The notes below the pieces were generated by a model, which was not told where the DNA came from, did no database searches, and saw only the letters and a list, made by a program, of their open reading frames with translations. The position numbers and the translations under genes were made by a program. From positions 1 to 39,810 of the IMG/VR virus record IMGVR_UViG_3300048855_000217: a stretch of 39,810 nucleotides of DNA, one strand, 5' to 3'. Shown here one piece after another: positions 37,202 through 39,810 of the stretch; position 1 is the first letter of the stretch, and each line of letters opens with the position of its first letter. The stretch is from a virus (Duplodnaviria > Caudoviricetes).

Positions 37202-38527
37202 TTAGGGCGATTGCGTCATCGCGAAGGTTTTCGAAAGGCCGTGATAAAGCTTTTCGCGGCAAACCCATTGGCTGGCTGCATCCGCAATGAAAGCGGTCGC
37301 GAACATCGGTAGGATGAGGCCGCGGCTGGCTGTAGTTTCCGAGAGGATGATAACAGCAGTAAGGGGCGCGCGAACGACGCCAGCGAAGTAGCCGACCATG
37401 CCAAGAATGACGATCGCGCTGGCTGGCTCTCTCGGGAACACCTCACGCAAAAGATTGCCGAACCCCGCACCGACAGCGAGCGACGGCGCAAAAATCCCTC
37501 CCGGGAGCCCGGCGATTGCTGTCGCTGCGGTGGCCACCATCTTGGCAGGCCCGAACCACAGCGGTGCATCTATTCCGACGATCATCGCGCGGGCCGACGC
37601 GTAGCCAGTGCCCCAAGTGAGGCCGGTGAATACGCCAAGAAGGGCGACAACACCGCCGCAAATCCCTGCGAACTTCACGGGATTAGCTCGATGCCATCGG
37701 GTAAGGCGATTGCCTCCCAACGCCATCGTCAGAATAACACGGGAAAACAGTCCTCCCGTCATGCCGCCGAGGAGTCCGGTCACAGGCGCAACGAGCAATG
37801 CCGATAGTAGAGGCATATGCGCACCGATCGCGCCGAAATAGATGTAATCACCTTGGACCGACTGGGCGACCATGCCAGCTATGACGATCGCTGCGAGAAC
37901 GAGCAGTGTCACCCGCTGCTCATAAGCCGAGGCCAGTTCCTCGATCGCAAACAGCAAACCAGCGAGCGGCGTGTTAAAGGCGGCTGCGACACCCGCCGCG
38001 CCGCCCGCGATGAGCACTCCGCCGCGCAACGGCACGCGGACGAGGCGGTGGGTGAAGCCCATGACCGCCGCAGCAAGCTGAACGGTTGGTCCTTCCCGCC
38101 CCACCGATGCTCCTCCCAAGACGGCACCCAGCGTGAGCAACGCCTTCGCTCCCAACGTTCGGATCGAGATCAACGCCTTGGTGGCATCGTTCGGGTTCGT
38201 CTGGGCGGCGATGACTTGAGGTATTCCCGAGCCCCGCGCTTGCGGCGCATAGCGACGTGTTATCCAGACCAGCGCCATGAAGGTAAGAGGCGTGGTTACG
38301 AGCGGCCACCACCTCCATGTTTTTGCATAGTGGCTAAAAACCGCTCCCGCCCAATCTGCACCTTCAGCGAAGAGCGTAGCAACGATCCCGATCAGGATCG
38401 CGCCAGTAAGGATTGCGCTGCGCGTCCGGAACTGCACGGATCGCGGTCCGCGGGCGCGCAGCAGCGCCCGATATCGCGACGGAGTCCAGCGTCTCGCTGG
38501 CATGAGTCGATCGAATATGCCAGCCAT
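37202..38527 (-). CDS. ClC family chloride channel / H+/Cl- antiporter, cargo
   Basis: GSGIP, GREGP, AAAFNTPLAG, GGIFAPSL, VVRAPLT signatures. Confidence 0.95.
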   Translation of the reverse strand: MAGIFDRLMPARRWTPSRYRALLRARGPRSVQFRTRSAILTGAILIGIVATLFAEGADWAGAVFSHYAKTWRWWPLVTTPLTFMALVWITRRYAPQARGSGIPQVIAAQTNPNDATKALISIRTLGAKALLTLGAVLGGASVGREGPTVQLAAAVMGFTHRLVRVPLRGGVLIAGGAAGVAAAFNTPLAGLLFAIEELASAYEQRVTLLVLAAIVIAGMVAQSVQGDYIYFGAIGAHMPLLSALLVAPVTGLLGGMTGGLFSRVILTMALGGNRLTRWHRANPVKFAGICGGVVALLGVFTGLTWGTGYASARAMIVGIDAPLWFGPAKMVATAATAIAGLPGGIFAPSLAVGAGFGNLLREVFPREPASAIVILGMVGYFAGVVRAPLTAVIILSETTASRGLILPMFATAFIADAASQWVCREKLYHGLSKTFAMTQSP

Positions 38528-38626
38528 ACCGGCCCTCTAAGGGGCTTTGGATGTCACGTCACCCACCGTCATGTGCGACAACCCTCCTGAATGAGCATCG
38601 GCTTGAGGCAGCACTGCGGATCGCGG

Positions 38627-38658
38627 GAATGTCCGCAAGTGGGCGTTAGCAGCCGTTC
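38627..38658 (-). repeat. 32-bp imperfect palindrome, copy 6
   Basis: Minus strand GAACGGCTGCTAACGCCCACTTGCGGACATTC. Confidence 0.7.
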
Positions 38659-38679
38659 GTTCGGGAGCCGTGCTCCGGC

Positions 38680-38692
38680 TAAATAGGGGATG
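38680..38692 (+). promoter_or_regulatory. TAAATA-N4-ATG
   Basis: TAAATA GGGG ATG. Confidence 0.75.
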
Positions 38693-38863
38693 ACGACCAA
38701 GCTCAAAACCCGGCTCAAGGCCGCGCTCACGATCATTCAGCCGCTCGCTCTCAACCCCAGAGTTTGGAATGCTCTGCTCGGTGCCGCGACGCTGTTCGGG
38801 ATCGTCGCCCCTGTCACCGCAACGGCGATCCGTGACACGATCCTCGGACCGTTCCTCGGATGA
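38690..38863 (+). CDS. 57-aa membrane protein (holin/antiholin-like), absent from the ORF track
   Basis: MTTKLKTRLKAALTIIQPLALNPRVWNALLGAATLFGIVAPVTATAIRDTILGPFLG; TAAATA start; ATGA overlap with next gene. Confidence 0.7.
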   Translation: MTTKLKTRLKAALTIIQPLALNPRVWNALLGAATLFGIVAPVTATAIRDTILGPFLG

Positions 38864-39048
38864 CGCACGACCCTCTCGAAATCTCCACGAAGGCCGGTGA
38901 CCTGCTCTCATTCGGCGTCGTCGTTGGAACGCTCGCGCAATTGCTTCCAGCCGTGGCAGCAGTCTTCACGATCGTCTGGACGGCCATCCGCATCTACGAG
39001 ACCAGCACGGTCCAGCGCCTGCTCGGAAGGCACAGGAGCGGCGGCTGA
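38860..39048 (+). CDS. Holin-like small membrane protein
   Basis: D.LS...VVGTL..LLP.VAA.FTIVWT.IRIYET.TVQ, a common phage small-membrane family. Confidence 0.7.
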   Translation: MTHDPLEISTKAGDLLSFGVVVGTLAQLLPAVAAVFTIVWTAIRIYETSTVQRLLGRHRSGG

Positions 39049-39072
39049 CACGCACGAGGGCTCTTGCTGTCT

Positions 39073-39087
39073 GTTCCTGATATGTTC
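39073..39087 (+). promoter_or_regulatory. Alphaproteobacterial LexA (SOS) box
   Basis: GTTC-CTGATAT-GTTC (GTTC-N7-GTTC) 12 nt before ORF 39100. Confidence 0.75.
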
Positions 39088-39099
39088 TACTCATAGCCA

Positions 39100-39297
39100 A
39101 TGATGAGAACGGACATCCCCCGCATCGCCACCATCCTCGCGGACGCCTCGTGGATGGACCGACTCGACCTTACCAGTCCTTCGGCCAGCGAACGTGAGCG
39201 AGCAGCCCTGATGCTCGCGGCTCACATCGTGGCGCGGCTGGAAGGGGCAGAAGCGTCCGATGCCGATCCTCGGCAGATGGCATTACCGATACAGTAA
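39100..39297 (+). CDS. Small SOS-linked protein (DUF6771-like)
   Basis: IA.IL..A.W..R..LT.P....RERAA..LA..I.......DPRQ.AL. Confidence 0.65.
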   Translation: MMRTDIPRIATILADASWMDRLDLTSPSASERERAALMLAAHIVARLEGAEASDADPRQMALPIQ

Positions 39298-39483
39298 GCG
39301 GACCCAGTCAGGTTGTTCATCGACCTGCGGTAGGCGCTTGCTCGCCATCGCTGCGTCGGGTCCGCATTGACCATGAACGGGGAAGAACGACGCCATGGCT
39401 GGCGAGGGTTCAAGTTCCAACTTCATGCCGAGACCGGCAAACAATAGGGCATAAACCACGCGGGGGAGGGTGACGAGATCGCA

Positions 39484-39497
39484 CCTCCGCTACCACC
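39484..39497 (+). repeat. attR core (14-bp direct repeat)
   Basis: CCTCCGCTACCACC, followed by a CCACCC...GGGTGG hairpin as expected for displaced tRNA downstream sequence. Confidence 0.85.
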
Positions 39498-39810
39498 CCG
39501 CTTTCAGAGGGTGGGGGCGCCCGCTACGGATCCTTGCGATCGCCGGGGCATGGCCCGCGACTTTCGGTTCGCTCTTTTGCTCGAGGGTAGGGGCGGGGCT
39601 ATGGACGCAAGCCGCTGAAGAGCATGTACTCCTCGGCGGCGGATCCGGACGCGCGCTGTAACTCCGTCAGCTCCAGTGCGGCGTCGTAGGCGCTGGATCG
39701 TACAAGGCGTAACGGCTGGGGGCCGCTTTCTCCCACAGATAGTCGCGCCACACACGCCGCGCCTCGAACAAGCCCATGCCGGCGGCGCCGGCGGTGATGA
39801 TCCACCACAT

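Larger units (their letters stand above)
11..39497. mobile_element. Integrated HK97-like siphovirus-type element (prophage or satellite), complete between att repeats
   Basis: Terminal direct repeat at a tRNA, recombinase at the left end, full head-tail gene order. Confidence 0.9.

Noticed and set aside
39498-39810. Short ORFs beyond attR
   Set aside because: Host flank with no recognisable product; too little sequence to call.

Overview
The window holds one complete ~39.5 kb integrated phage-type element (11..39497) in a high-GC alphaproteobacterium. The cargo genes look Sphingomonadaceae-like. It sits at the 3' end of a tRNA (probably tRNA-Met) and is bounded by a 14-bp direct repeat, CCTCCGCTACCACC. 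It encodes a large serine recombinase with a 1-nt frameshift, two DNA methyltransferases, a free-standing HNH endonuclease, a MucR/Ros silencer, and a full HK97-like siphovirus head and tail set (HNH, probable cos, TerS/TerL, portal, protease, capsid, connectors, tube, chaperones, tape measure, tail tip, fibre, holin-like genes). I can recognise no replication gene, CI-type repressor, late activator/antiterminator or endolysin. Three structures stand out. (1) A TAAATA-N4-ATG motif resembling a T4 late promoter sits directly on the start codon of 12 genes and upstream of 4 more genes that have Shine-Dalgarno leaders. (2) The morphogenesis operon is broken at eight places by host-type cargo (Crp/Fnr with DUF6894-like genes, a GAF histidine kinase, a ClC channel, WGxxGxxG proteins, putative defence nucleases), and each break is followed by a fresh TAAATA restart. 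(3) Several cargo blocks are bounded by a family of 32-bp imperfect palindromes. My inference is a helper-dependent, virion-encoding element with a cassette-tolerant architecture. All family assignments come from motif recognition by eye; no searches were run.
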